Part shown: positions 43,216 through 57,896 of the stretch, piece after piece
Numbering within the stretch: position 1 is the stretch's first letter
Layout: every line of letters starts with the position of its first letter
Source: Eledone cirrhosa
Taxonomy: Eukaryota
DNA: 64,000 nt
Assembly: GCA_964016885.1 (NCBI GenBank)
Contig: OZ024742.1
Coordinates: 267,964,001-268,028,000 of the forward strand
Reading direction: 5' to 3'
Notes under the pieces: generated by a model
Database searches by the model: none
What the model was told of the DNA's origin: nothing
Seen by the model: the letters and a program-made list of their open reading frames with translations, nothing else
Program-made: the position numbers and the translations under genes

Positions 43216-44158
43216 TATATATAAGATTTATATATATAACATTTATATATATATATATATATAAAACAAAGGAATTGTGGTAAGGAACCAGATGGACCAT
43301 AACGCACCAGAGTACTCAATACTTAGAGTAGTAGAGTGAGAAATAGGAAAAAGTATGACCCCGACGGCAGAGCTCAAGCCGTTTTGACGGCTATTTCTGG
43401 ACTAAATTTGAATTTTTAGCCTGGTGAATAAATAGCCGAACTTGTCAAGGGGGTACTTCTTACATGAGAAGATTGTAGTTGTTAAAGTTTGGTTAAAATT
43501 TGTTGTAAACACAAATAAGTCTATCATGGCATTTGGTGGGAGGTAGGGGTGGCTGAACTTGCCTGTAGAACAATAGGGGAGTGAATGGAGCGGACAAGCG
43601 TTGAAAGTGATATGTATACAGCATATTCTAAGGATAGTGTATGAAGTGGAGGAGGGAGGTTATAGAATAGGTAAATCGAATGAGAGTAGGAGACAATAAA
43701 ACATAATAGAAAGAAAATATATAAAATTAGATAGTGAGAAATGAATAAAACAAATCACAATGCTATCTTATAATTATTCGTTAATAAGTTGAGAATAGAA
43801 AAAACATTTGTAGAAATTGAGTAGTAGTAGAACTGATACAAAATTAAAGGTGTTTAACACGTCTGCTATAAGTAGTTAGTAAACCGTATTCGGCCAATTC
43901 TATCTTAAAATTACAGGAATGGGGGGAACTGATGCTACAGAGGCCCGATGGGCTGATCGGGTTAGGCGAAAGAGGAAAAACTGACGAGGAAGAAAATAGG
44001 GGGTGGAAGGAAGTGATAGGATGAGACAGGGGGAAGAAGAAGACAAAGAATAAAAGAAAAGAAAAGAGATATATCTACCTATGTAAGCTGGGGTTTCCCC
44101 TAACTTATTCGGCAAGTGTGTGTGTGCGTGTGGGGGGGGGGGGGGTATCAGCCCTTGT

Positions 44159-46311
44159 CTACCCACCCGAGTCGTTATGTGGTTTGAGGGCGAGGTAAGT
44201 CCTACGCAATCTGTGTTTGCATGAGGTTACCAGTTCGCCTTTCTTGTTTAGGAGTTGGTCCTTCGAAAACAGCATTTGTAATGTTTCCTCCGAGCATCAG
44301 TTACACGGACGGCGTCTTCCCGTGTAAGAGTTAGCTCTGTACAGTAAGCTCCAAGTGAGATTGTAGGTTATATTATTATCTTGGAGGTCCCAAATGTGGC
44401 CCGAAAGTGTAGTTGCATGTCACCGGACCGGGTTTCGGAAAGTATGTCGGTGTTGGTAGAGCCGGGTCTTGAAGTCACACGCGGTTAATCCTATGTAAGC
44501 TTTGTTGGGGGTGTCCGTCCTCACGTTGCACTGGTAGCTCACGTCACGTTGTAGGCATTTGTTGTTGAGGGGGAACGTAGATCTATCAAGGAATTTACAC
44601 CTCCTGGTCGGCCCTCCACTGATGTCTACGTTATTTCTTCCATAGGGGTTGAGTTTTTTTGTTGTTTGAGGAGACTATGTTTTGTGTGAAGTTAGGTGTG
44701 GAGCTGTAGGAGAGATTTATGGTGTTTTTGTTGATTATGTTGTGGTAGCGGTGTTGTAGTGGGAAGTGTTTTACGTGGATTCTAAAGAAGATTTTCCTGA
44801 TAGGTGTTGGGACCTCGGCATTATGGGGAGGATTGAACCGCGTTACGTTGAGTGAGCGGCGGTGTCGCCTGCTGGTTCCGCCAATGGAAGCTGGATAAAA
44901 GGATATTTCCTCCCGGAAGCCACTCCGCTTGAGGGTCTGGTTGTAATGAGGCGCCTGATCGTCGAATATCTGCTCATTAGCGGACAAACGAGATATGCGG
45001 AAGGACATGTTTTTAACCACGTTATTGGTGATGTTTCTAGGATGGTTAGAGCGGCGGTGGCTGTAGTGCAGGTTGTCGTTTGGTTTCTTGTATGGGTAGT
45101 ACAGATCGTTTTCGAGGTTAAGGGTAATGTCCAGGAAATTAACTCGGGTTAGGGACGTTTGTAGGGTGATTTTAAATCCCCAGTCCCGGGAGAAGTGGAT
45201 TAGTTGTTTACGGACCCGGTCTGTACGTCTGGGGTTGTACCCTTTGAGGGTGAGGGGCCCATCATCCCGGTACAATGCACCGCCAAATGTGGGATACATT
45301 TCGGGGAGTTTAAATAGTAGGAATAATCCTATAAGATCTGTGACCTCGGCCGAATCCGTAGCGCCCATACTGACGTCGAAGGGGGAGACGGGAAACTCTT
45401 TATCCACTTGGAGTTGTCGGAAAGTAGGACTGTCTTCCTGGCGTGGAGAAAGATATTTCTTTCCTGGTCAGTGATGAGTGTGAGTGTTTCGGCAAGGTCC
45501 AAGGCGGCCGTAAGGAGCGCTAAGGTAATATATGCATAGTAACTCTCTATGTCAAACTGGATGAATTTTGTGTCTCGTTTGTCCTCCATATTCCTGAACC
45601 ATGAGATTTCTTCCTGGGTGCTGACCCATAGGCTAAGTCTCACGTTTTGCTTAACTTTTGGTATAACTCGGTCTAGGATCTTTTTACTGATTCTCCCTAT
45701 CTCCAATTTCGTTGAGTTTATAAGCCTAATGGATGTTTTGCGGACGAAGTCGGAATTGTGGTCCTTCAGTGTGAAGTATGGAGTCCGTGGGTCTAGGGTA
45801 CAGTGCGGTCGGCGACCCCGAGGCTGGAGGTAATTTGTTGTCCATCTCAATTTATGTCCTCGATAATTGAATGGTTAGCCTTTTTATAGGTGGCGATTAG
45901 GCTGCTCTTGATCAGTGAGTGGTATCTGTCAGGGTTGACGAAGTAGAGGTTTCCGATTTTGTCCGAGTGCACCATAATGTCGTTGGTGTTTTCATACTAT
46001 GTTATTTTGCTACGGAGTTGTTGTAGGAATCTGTTGTGTCTGCGTTTCAATTTAATGCTCTTTACCAGGTGGAACATGTCATTCTCGAAGGGTGAGAGCA
46101 TACGGTTCAGAGGGGGAGATTTGTAGGTATTGAATCCGAATCTCTCCTTGGTGTCGAAGTGCTGATTGTCGCGGTATCTATCGTAGAAAAAAGTTCTCCA
46201 TCTTAGTGTTTTCGCAAAAAGGTCGATTTATTGCGTGAGCATCCGAAGGTAAAGTTTTCTCGGTGGAACTGGAATGTTCTTGGTGGAGAAGTCGATGTTG
46301 TGTTTTGGCAT
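44159..46311 (-). pseudogene. PLE RT-GIY-YIG polyprotein, ~2.15 kb, with stops and frameshifts
   Basis: MPKHNIDFSTKNIP, FIQFDIESYY, DVSMGATDSAEV, LYRDDG, FLDITL, FNPP, WSL..RANSYTGRRRPC. Confidence 0.9.
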
Positions 46312-46496
46312 CGTGCGGGTGAAGAAACTTGAGCTGGGTGGAAAAATCGGGATATGGGGTGGTAGAGTCGGAAAGTGCTCTACTACAGAGATAGGAGCTA
46401 AATAACAAAGGCATTGTGGTAAGGAACCAGATGGACCATAACGCACCAGAGTACTCAATACTTAGGGAAGTAGAATGGTAAATAGGAAAAAGTATG

Positions 46497-46593
46497 ACCC
46501 AGACGGCAGAGTTCAATCCGTTTCGACGTCTATTTCTGGACTAAATTAGAATGTTTAGCCTGGTGAATAAATAGCCGAACTTGTCAAGGGGGT
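46497..46593 (-). ncRNA. Type I hammerhead, U3-A8 core (family C; copies at 43358-43454 and 57911-58006)
   Basis: Composite of the copies: cccc TTGACAA g-tt-cggctattt...aaatagccg-t-c GAA a-cggc-ttgagctct-gccg-t c gggg. Confidence 0.8.
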
Positions 46594-47769
46594 ACTGCCT
46601 TATATGGGAAGATTGTAGTTGTCAAGAGGAATGGTTAAAATGTGTTGTAAACACAAATAACTCTATCATGTCATTTGGTGGGAGGTAGGGTGGCTGAACT
46701 TGTTTGTAGAACAATAGGGGTGTGAGTGGAGCGGTCAAGCTTTGAAAGTGATATGTATACAGCAGATTCTAAGGATAGTGTATGAAGTGGACGAGGGAGG
46801 TTATAGAATAGGTAAATTGAATGAGAGTAGGAGACAATAAAAGATAATAGAAAGAAATATATAAAATTAGATAGTGAGAAATCACAATGCTATCTTATAA
46901 TTACAGGTTAATAAGTTGAGAATAGAAAAGAAACTTGTAGAAATTGAGTAGTACCAGAACTGATACAAAATGAAAGGGGTTTAACACGTCTGCTATAAGT
47001 AGTTAGTAAACCGTATTCGGCCAATTCTATCTTAAAATTACAGGGGTGGGGGAACTGATGCTACAGAGACCCGATGGCCTGATAGGGGTAGGCGAAAGCG
47101 GAAAAGCAGACGAGGAAGAAAATAGGAGGTGGAAGGAAGTGATAGGATGCGACAGGGGGAAGAAAAAGACAAAGAGGAAAAGAAAATAACACAAAAGAGA
47201 TACATCTACTTAAGTAAGCTGGGGTTTTCCCCTAACTTATTCTGCAAGTGTGTCTGGGGGGGGGTTATCAGCCCTTGTCTACCCACCAGGGTCGTTATGG
47301 GGTTTGAGGGCGAGGTAAGTCCTACGCAATCTGTGTTTGCATGCGGTTACCAGTTCGTCTTTCTTTATTAGGAGTTGGTCCTTCGAAAACAGCATTTGTA
47401 ATGTTTCCTCCGAGCATAAGTTACACGGACGGCGTCCTCCCGTGTAGGAGTTAGCTCTGGACAGTAAGCTCCAAGTGAGATTGTAGGTTATATTATTATC
47501 TTGGAGGTCCCAAATGTGGCCCGAAAGTGTAGTGGCATGTCGCCGGACCGGGATTCGGAAAGTATGTCGGTGGTGGTAGAGCTGGGTCTTGAAGTCACAC
47601 GCGGTTAATCCTATATTAGCTTTGTTGGAGATGTCCGTCCTCACGTTGCACTGGTAGATCACGTTATGCTCTCGGCACTTGTTGTTGAGGGGGCTCGTAG
47701 ATCTATCAGGGTAGTAACACTTCCTGGTCGGCTCTCCACTGAGGTGTGTATATATATATATATATATAT

Positions 47770-48420
47770 ATCATCTTTTATATCATTTTCTTTATTTGTT
47801 TAGTTGTATTTATAATACTTGAATGTTTTTCTAGTTCTAAGGTTTCATGGGATAACTAATTCCTGTCTTTTATTTAATAGAATGTTTTTCGATGTAGTAA
47901 TTTCAAAAATTTTTTGGGAACATAGTCCACTCTCCTTTATATTGCCCTGATAAGAAAGGGCTCTTTTGAGAATCTTCCAAGGTAGGTTATAATTAATTTT
48001 CTTCTTTTTACAATTATTAACTACTGCCGCTAAAGAAGTGGATTTATCTAATCTTGTGTTTCGAAAACTGTGTGTGTGTGCATATAATCTCTATTTAAAC
48101 GGATTAGATGTGGATCCAATATAGGATTGATTAGAGTCCTTAGTGGTAATTATACATTTATACACTGTACTATTAATTAAGCAATTTCTATTGAAGGGGC
48201 AATTCCTTTTTTCTCTACAACTACAACCGTTTGTACATAGGGTTTCAGATGTGCATGCTATATTCCTAATAATAGTGCTAGTATTTGTATTTATATTTTT
48301 ATATGAGAGAGAAGGCTTTGCAGTTTGGTGGTTTGCCAATATTTTTCATTTGTTAATATTTTGAATAATATTAAAAACTTCAGGAAAACTTACTTGTTGA
48401 CTGCTTCTAATCTATTGTAA
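47770..48420 (-). mobile_element. AT-rich Naiad-like GIY-YIG fragment (family D)
   Basis: CSCREKRNCPFNRNCLINSTVYKC...YIGSTSNPFK. Confidence 0.8.
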
Positions 48421-49727
48421 AATTGTATTCATTGAGTAATCAACGAACCATACTAATCTTTGGTTATATATATATATATACAATGATATTAAGTAAATGG
48501 AAACTATATTTATAAAATCTAAATCAGTTATAAACATATATGTCAGATTTCCAACAAATTAAATACTCCTTCTACTTAACGCACCAGATTACTCAATACT
48601 TAGGGTAGTAGAGTGGGTCAAACATTTTCCTATGTATAAATATATATATATATACAATATATTAATAAATGGAAGCTATATTTATAAGACCATAATTAAT
48701 TATTATATATATTTCAAGGGCGACCAAGGTAAATTATGGTTCGCTTTCATCAAATAAAATACAGATTTGTTTTATAAATAAATATTGACATACCCGAAAA
48801 AAGACAACCTCAACGGTTGAAATTCGCTGGATAGTGGAGACACTTGAGGGTGATACAAATTAGTGAGGGAGTATGTAAATGAGCGTCGGAAAAATTGAAA
48901 AAAAACAACGGTTTATTTAAATTAAACTGTTGGAAGAAAATAGATGTAATAGGGAGATATACAAGATAGATGTAAAAAGGAGAGAGACAAAAAATTGAGA
49001 GGGAGAGAGATAGAGAATAGATAAAGAGAATAGAGAGAGAAAAAGAGATATAGAAGAAAAAGATAAAAGATACAATATTGAGAGAGAGTGAAGTAAAAAA
49101 CAAATAATTGAGATGGAGAGAGAAAGAAACAAATAATTGAGATGGAGAGCGAAAGAAAAAAGTATTGTGCGGGAGAGAGAAAAGAATGTTGAAAAAATAT
49201 TGGAAAAAGAGGGAGAAAGATTTGTGAGAGGGGGGAGGGAGATGAAAGAGAAAGAGAAAGATTGGCGAGGTGAGAGAAGAAATACATTTATTTAGATGAG
49301 TGTTCAGAATGTAAACATATTATTCGTTATGTTGTGTTTATATTACTTATAAAGATAAAGTTAATAAATTAAGTTAAATTATTGATAAGAAAACTTTACA
49401 AAAGAGTATTGTTATAATTTAGTTAAAAATTTAACCAGAAATCTAATTAAAATTTAATTAGAATTTAATTAAAATTTAAATAATTACTATAAGATATATT
49501 ACAAAAAGATGTATTTAAAATGTATTAAGATGTATTAATACTATATAGGTTTAGATGGGTTGTTTATGTTATAGGTTATAAATTATTTGAATGTATAATA
49601 ATTTGCATTGGAAAAAAAAACAGGTATAGTTTAATTGATTAAAGTACTTTACTAACTTATTGAGTTCTTTATATCAGTTATAAACATTTTTAAGGTTGTT
49701 GAATCCCAAAAAATTAAATATAACCTA

Positions 49728-49792
<65 letters not shown>

Positions 49793-49798
<6 letters not shown>

Positions 49799-50993
49799 GA
49801 CGTAAAATAAGAAAATTATAAAAATTTACTTACTAAAATTTCACTCCAACTAATTAGTTTTTGAAAGGGAATAAACATGGTTTCCGATTGGAATAACATG
49901 GAGAAATATCCTTTCGTCATCAGGGAGATCTGTTCTCTGCTAAGTTCCCAGGCAAAGCGTGGACACAGGGTACTTATACAAAAATAATTCAGTGGATGGA
50001 AAACGGCAAGCGAGGACTAAATTCCAGGACATTGAAAAAATCACTGCCTACTTAGTCGGTGGCGAATTCAAAAGAATCAATCACTTGACATCGAGGTCAA
50101 TCAGTGAGGAGTGGGGGTGCTAATAAGACAGTAGCCTGGCTATTACTATGAAGCATAGCAGTAGTTTTGGCAAATTTTTGCTCAACAAAATAATGTGGAG
50201 ATAATTATAAAGAATTAGTATATCTACCAACATATATATACAGATGTATACCTATGCTAGCAAATATATAGGTTTTGTCTTAGTAACTTTGTGATTCAAT
50301 GCAAGGGGATGGAGAACAATTATACAATTATATGAAAGACGTAAAATAAGAAAATTATAAAAATTTACTTACTTACTAACATTTCACTCCAACTAATTAG
50401 TTTCTGAAAGGGAATAAACATGGTTCCCGATTGGAACAACATGGAGAAATATCCTTTCGTCATCAGGGAGATCTGTTCTCTGCGAAGTTCCCAGGCAAAG
50501 CGTGGACACAGGGAACTTATACAAAAATAATTCAGTGGATGGAAAAAAGCAAGCGAGGACTAAATTCCAGGACTAAATTCCATGTCACGTGATTGATTCT
50601 TTTGAATTCGCCACCGACTAAGTAGGCAATGATTTTTTCAATGTCCTCGAATTTAGTCCTCGCTTGCTTTTTTCCATCCACTGAATTATTTTTGTATAAG
50701 TTCCCTGTGTCCACGCTTTGCCTGGGAACTTAGCAGAGAACAGATCTCCCTGATGACAAAAGGATATTTCTCCATGTTGTTCCAATCGGAAACCATGTTT
50801 ATTCCCTTTCAAAAACTAAATAGTTGGAGTGAAATTTTAGTAAGTAAGTAAATTTTTATAATTTTCTTATTTTACGTCTTTCATATAATTGTTCTGCATC
50901 CCCTTGCATTGAACCACAAAGTTACTAAGACAAAACCTATATATTTGCTAGCATAGGTATACATCTGTATATATATGTTGGTAGATATACTAA

Positions 50994-50995
<2 letters not shown>
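49793..50995. repeat. Two direct copies and one inverted copy of a non-coding HHR-bearing repeat
   Basis: 49793-50030 repeats at 50330-50570; 50581-50995 is the reverse complement. Confidence 0.88.
50746..50829 (+). ncRNA. Putative type I hammerhead with irregular helix III (copies at 49844-49927 and 50387-50470, minus)
   Basis: Consensus ctcc CTGATGA cga-aa-gga...tcc-aa-tcg GAA a-c...g-t t ggag. Confidence 0.6.
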
Positions 50996-51844
<849 letters not shown>

Positions 51845-51846
<2 letters not shown>

Positions 51847-53813
51847 GAAAACGAAAAATCAGAGATGCATCGGAACTCAATATATTGTGCGACAATTGTT
51901 TCCCCGACGAACAGCTCGAGGTGAGATCCATGTGTAGATCTACCTGACTCTAGATTCGCAGGTTCCTCGGACACGACTATTGATTTCGGATCATATCCTT
52001 TTTCTGGGGTTTTCTGGCCTACAAGCCTCTATCGCCCACCTTCATCCGCTTTGCGCGTCCTTGGTTTGGTCACTGGTTAGTGACTTCATAATTATTCTGA
52101 CCACTGTAGCAGCCCATGACCGTCAGGGCGTGAGCTGTCACTTACCCACTGACTCGTCGGCAAAATTACTGCTGTTTGTCAGCTCACACGCCCACTCGCC
52201 CACATACACCGAGATACTTACAGGTACCACAGGATATTATACCGCAACACGGTGAAGTTCTCCTTCTCCACCGTACCTAACATGGCAGACTACATGGCCA
52301 AAACCAACGCGGTGAAGTTGGGGAATCACGACCGTCAACAGCAACGGGTGACTGAGGTTCACGCGAGGCACGGAGGGCCCCTTACAGGCAGAGTCTCCAA
52401 CTATACTCCGATCACCGCGGCGGCCGCCATGCCCACGGAATACGGTGTAATCGAATGCCGGGTGGAACCGAGTGGCAGAGGGGGACCCCCCGCACCGACA
52501 GAATAGGACTCAGAGAATCGGGGGAGTGCCGTGGTAGATCAAGGGCCCAGCGTTGGAAACGAGCAACATGACGACCGAACTTGCAACTGCAGAGCGGGCA
52601 CACAATGCCCACTGCAGGATCTATGCCTAACGAAGGACCTAGTATATAAATGTGTGGTTAACACGCACATCACCAAGCGCACCTACATCGGCGCAACATC
52701 TACGACCTTTATATCGAGGATGTAAAATCACACAAACGCTTTCAAAGACCGGAGAAAGAGACACTCCACTAGGCTGGCGGACCTAATATGTGACTTGAAA
52801 TACAACGGTAACCCGTATGATCTCAACTGTAGTATCGTTCAACATGCAAATGCATGTTCGGCTGGAAACAGGAAGTGTAGGCTATGCCTATCCGAGGCCA
52901 TGGAGATAGTCACATAGACGGATGATGCGGTGAACCTGAAATCGGAGATTATCAATCCGTGCAGACACCAGAGAAGGTGCACATTCTCTGCATGGACGCA
53001 ACCGAACAGCCCAAGCTAAACGCATGCGGGGAAGCGGACGCCGGTCCGAGTGGCGGCGTGGGTCCAAGGGATCAGAAACCATACCTTGCTGACTATTTAT
53101 GCCTTCTGGGTAAGTCGACGTAACCTATGTTGCCTGTCAAACTCGGCACGTCATCCTAGGCAACAACATCGCATGAGCCGGGACACGGTGGCTCAACCTC
53201 CACGGATATTCAGTCACGTACCATACATCATTAAGGCACTCTATCTCACCCACAGTGACATATTCCTTTATGACCTGTTCACGCACTCCCTGCATGTGTA
53301 TCTTTTCAGTGGTATGTGCATATTCTCCACGCATTCCGTTGCCTAACACCCCATGTATTTTTCCATGTACAGAACAATATATATCTTTGTATACTTTTCT
53401 TATATAATTCAGATGTATGTATTTTTTTAATATAATTTTTTAATATATTTTTTTATATATATATTTTTTATATATTCTGCATACATTATTTTATATATCA
53501 TGCATGCATTTACTATATACCGTCTGGGCCTACCTTTACATTAGTACCATGAGCTCTCCATATGTAGCCTTACTTGAGGTGTCTATACATGGATTTATCC
53601 ACGTTGACAGCATAATATCAACTCCGTCTGCATGTACAACCCAACGTGTGTCTTTATATGCTTTCCTTGCATGTATTTTTTGTACATTTTTTTATGCGTG
53701 TGTAGATGTGTGTACATACATATGTGTCGGAATATATGTGCGAGTCAGTGTGTGTGTGTGTGCGTGTATGCACACGGGCAAGGGGTAAACATGTATTTGG
53801 GTATGTGTGTGTG

Positions 53814-53848
<35 letters not shown>

Positions 53849-54592
53849 ATGTGTGTCTTTATGTGTATATGCGTGTGAGCGTGTTTATGTATATGTATAT
53901 ATGTGTGTAGACGAATGTGTGTGCGCGCGTGTGGGTGGTGGTTTATATATATATATATATATATGTATGTGTATGTGTGTATGTATGCATATGTATGTGT
54001 ATATATATCTGAGTGTATATATATCTGTATGTGTATGTATATCTACGGATGCGTATGTGTCTGTGTGTGCAAGTATATATACGGGTGCGTGTCTGTGTGT
54101 ATCCGCGCGTATATATAAACGCGCGCGTATGCGTGTGTGCCTCTCTGTGTGCATGTATGCGTATATTTGTCTGACTATTTCTGTGTGAACTTAAGCACAC
54201 AAGCTACTCTGTATGTATCTGTCAGTATCTCTGTGCGTGTGAGTGGGAGTGTGCGAGTGGAAGTGTGAGCTAACAAACAGCAGTAAATTTGCAGACGCGG
54301 CAGTGGGTGAGTGACAGTTCACGCCATGACTGTCAGCGGGTTGTTACAAGTGGTCAGAATAATGATGACGTCACTAACCAGTGACCAACCAGGTGGTCGA
54401 TATAGGCTTGTAGGGCCAGAAAACCCCAGAAAGAGGATATGATCCGAAATCAATAGTCGTGTCAGAGCAACCTGCGAATCTAGAATCAGGTAGAACCACT
54501 CATGGATCGCAGCGCAAACTGTTCGCAGGGGAAACAATCGTAACACACAATAAATTGAGTTCCGATGCATCCCTGATTTTTCGTTTTCCATT
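51845..54592 (+). mobile_element. Naiad-like PLE family E: GIY-YIG 3' fragment with inverted terminal repeats
   Basis: CNCRAGTQCPLQDLCL..LVYKC...YIGATS; 51845-52200 is the reverse complement of ~54245-54592. Confidence 0.85.
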
Positions 54593-54669
54593 CTATAAAA
54601 CTATGCTCCGCCGGAGCGTAGAGTACTCAATCGGCATACCGCCTATAGAAGTATCATAGCTACCATTAG

Positions 54670-54719
<50 letters not shown>

Positions 54720-54899
54720 GCATGCATGTAAGAGATATATCTGAGAGTGTATATATAAATAGATAATCATGTAATTATTCTCGTGTGGGTATGTGCCAAT
54801 AGCAACTATGTGCATTAAATGATAGAAAATATATAAATAGACGTTTATTACAACATTTATTTCAACCGAAAATAGACATTTAGATGAAGAGATATATTG

Positions 54900-55085
54900 T
54901 TTCTACTTTAGGCACAAGGCCAGCAATTACCCAGTGCATTACTGGTACTTTATTGTATCGACCTCGTAATGATGAAAGGCAAAGTAAATTTGGGCGGGAT
55001 TTGAACTCAGACCGTAAAGGGACGTAACTATGTTGGAAAGCATGGCGTCCGACTCTCTACCGATACTACCAATCCACCGCCTATA
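54900..55085 (-). mobile_element. tRNA-derived SINE with 13-bp TSD
   Basis: TSD aagagatatattg at 54887-54899 and 55086-55098. Confidence 0.85.
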
Positions 55086-55162
55086 AAGAGATATATTGAC
55101 AAACAAATAGTCTTATAGATAGACGCAGAGATATTCCGATAATTAGATAGACTTATACGTAC

Positions 55163-55650
<488 letters not shown>

Positions 55651-55793
55651 ATATATATATATATACGTACGGTAAATATTGATGCAATCAATTCAAGCAA
55701 TCTACGTACTTTTTTCCACTTAGGAATGATGGAGTATATTGAGAATAAGAATCATTCGAAGTAGTATCAGATGTTAAAGTCCTTATTGATAAG

Positions 55794-55868
55794 GCTGTGA
55801 TACATATTTCAATGACAACAGTGGCCCTGTGATTCCGACTAACCAGTGCCATGATCTCATCAGAGAGC
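55794..55868 (-). ncRNA. Type I hammerhead
   Basis: gctct CTGATGA gat-c-atggca-c-tggtt...ggcca-c-tgttgt-c-att GAA a-tatgta-t c acagc. Confidence 0.75.
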
Positions 55869-56082
55869 TTCTTACATTATAGGGTAACGTTCTCGAGGCA
55901 ACCCAAATTAAGGCAACAAGGGAACGGACAAAAATGATGTACTTGAATTCTTCGCCCGTTGCTAGAGCTTTAACATCTGAAACTACTTCGCATCTTCTTG
56001 TTCTCTCTTTCCCTCTTTCTCTCTATATATAATCAAGAAGTACAAATCAACAGATTAGAATTTACTTCATTTATTCATAATT

Positions 56083-56141
56083 GATGTAATTTATATTTCG
56101 CTGATAACTGTTATGGAACAATTATGGCATCATCAGACACC
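56083..56141 (-). ncRNA. Type I hammerhead
   Basis: ggtgt CTGATGA tgc-c-ataattgtt-ccat-aacagttat-c-agc GAA a-tataaa-t t acatc. Confidence 0.8.
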
Positions 56142-57324
56142 TAGAAGGTAAACAAATAATAACACTTGAAGATGAAAAAAATTACTTCTGTCTTTCGATT
56201 CAGTGATATGTCCAGTACTGATACTTGGTGTTGCTTGCTCATCATAGTACCGTTGATATATGACTTAGAATATTTATCATCCCAACATCTGCACAAAGGA
56301 AATATAGGGCTACTAGCTAATAGTTAGAGGTACTTTCACCACTATATCATCAAACTATTGTGAAATCCTTAGTGATGTGATTGTCTGACATTTGCCGTCT
56401 ACTTGTTTAGGAACCAAGTCAATCCGGGAAGCTTTATGAGTAGGGGTTACCTTGGAAATCGATCGCTGTCAGATGGATTTGTTTACAGCAGCTACAATCA
56501 CAGGCTGCATTGACGATACATTATTTAGATAGGAGTGTTTCTCGGCCACAGTGACTGCAGTTAGGGGTGGCAGTTGTGATAATAGAATATAATAATCAGT
56601 TTGTAGTACAGTACACAATAGTCGAGAATCAGTGTTAAAATGTGTGAACGATAAAGTAGAAAAAAGTTAAGTAAAAATAAACATGAAGATAGATGACCAT
56701 TAAATAAACAAGGAATACATCGGAAGCGTAAAGTAAATTGTACAGAATATCAGTTAAAATACCCATACAGACAGAACAAAATGACCAGTAGAATATAGAG
56801 AATCGAACACTGCACTTCTAAAATGGCGATTCTCAATATTGGCTGCTAGCCATTTTTTCCGTCTATAGTAGTATTTTACCCGTTTATTTAAGTTTTGTCC
56901 ACACATTTTCCAGCGATTGAGAATTTCGACATTTGTGTACAAATTCGCACTCACACACATACACACACACGCGCATGCACTCACATTTACACACACATAC
57001 ACACGGACATAGACACAAACCTATATATATATACATATATATTTAAGGATATAGGTACATACATACTTACATTATATATGTGGACGGTCCCCAAAGTTGA
57101 TGTATTGTGTCAATGCTAATAATATTGAATTGCATGACAGCTATCGATTACTCACTATATAGATATTTGCTTTTATATTTTGCTCACGGAAACGATGGAT
57201 TAATTAACCCTTAAACCATTTCTCATTCGTTTCAATGTTCAACATTATATACATATTACATTTATATATTACCCACACACACACATATATAGACACATAC
57301 CGACACACACACATATACACACGC

Positions 57325-57385
<61 letters not shown>

Positions 57386-57522
57386 AATATATATATATGA
57401 TGTATGTATATAATATATATATATATATACATATACATACATTTATATATATACATATATATACATATATATATATACATATATATATATACACATATAT
57501 ATATACATATATATATATATAT

Positions 57523-57602
<80 letters not shown>

Positions 57603-57727
57603 ATATATATATATATATCTATATATATATATAAGTATCAGCCGTACTAAGAGTGAGAAATGATGCACAGATAGACACATATAGATATACATATAATGAT
57701 ACACACAAACACACACATATATATATA

Positions 57728-57799
<72 letters not shown>

Positions 57800-57896
57800 A
57801 GTAGGAATACTTTTGAAACAGCGAGTTGGTTTGAAATTATATATATATATATCACTGATGAAGGACTAACTTTATTCATATATATATATATATACA

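Larger units (their letters stand above)
43263..47745 (-). mobile_element. Naiad-like PLE family C, near full length, partial-tandem structure
   Basis: ~1.35-kb direct repeats 43263-44625 and ~46404-47742; (TA)n on both sides. Confidence 0.92.

Noticed and set aside
44285-44305. In-frame TGA in the Naiad-like GIY-YIG region as possible selenocysteine (some Naiads encode selenoproteins)
   Set aside because: It replaces Leu (TTA in the duplicate at ~47418), not Cys, and the ORF has other disablements.
51845-54592. Terminal inverted repeats as a DNA transposon
   Set aside because: The interior encodes a PLE GIY-YIG, and inverted pLTRs are a known PLE configuration.
57850-57880. CTGATGA half-core (similar words at 5622 and 24887)
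   Set aside because: No complete second half or closing helices.
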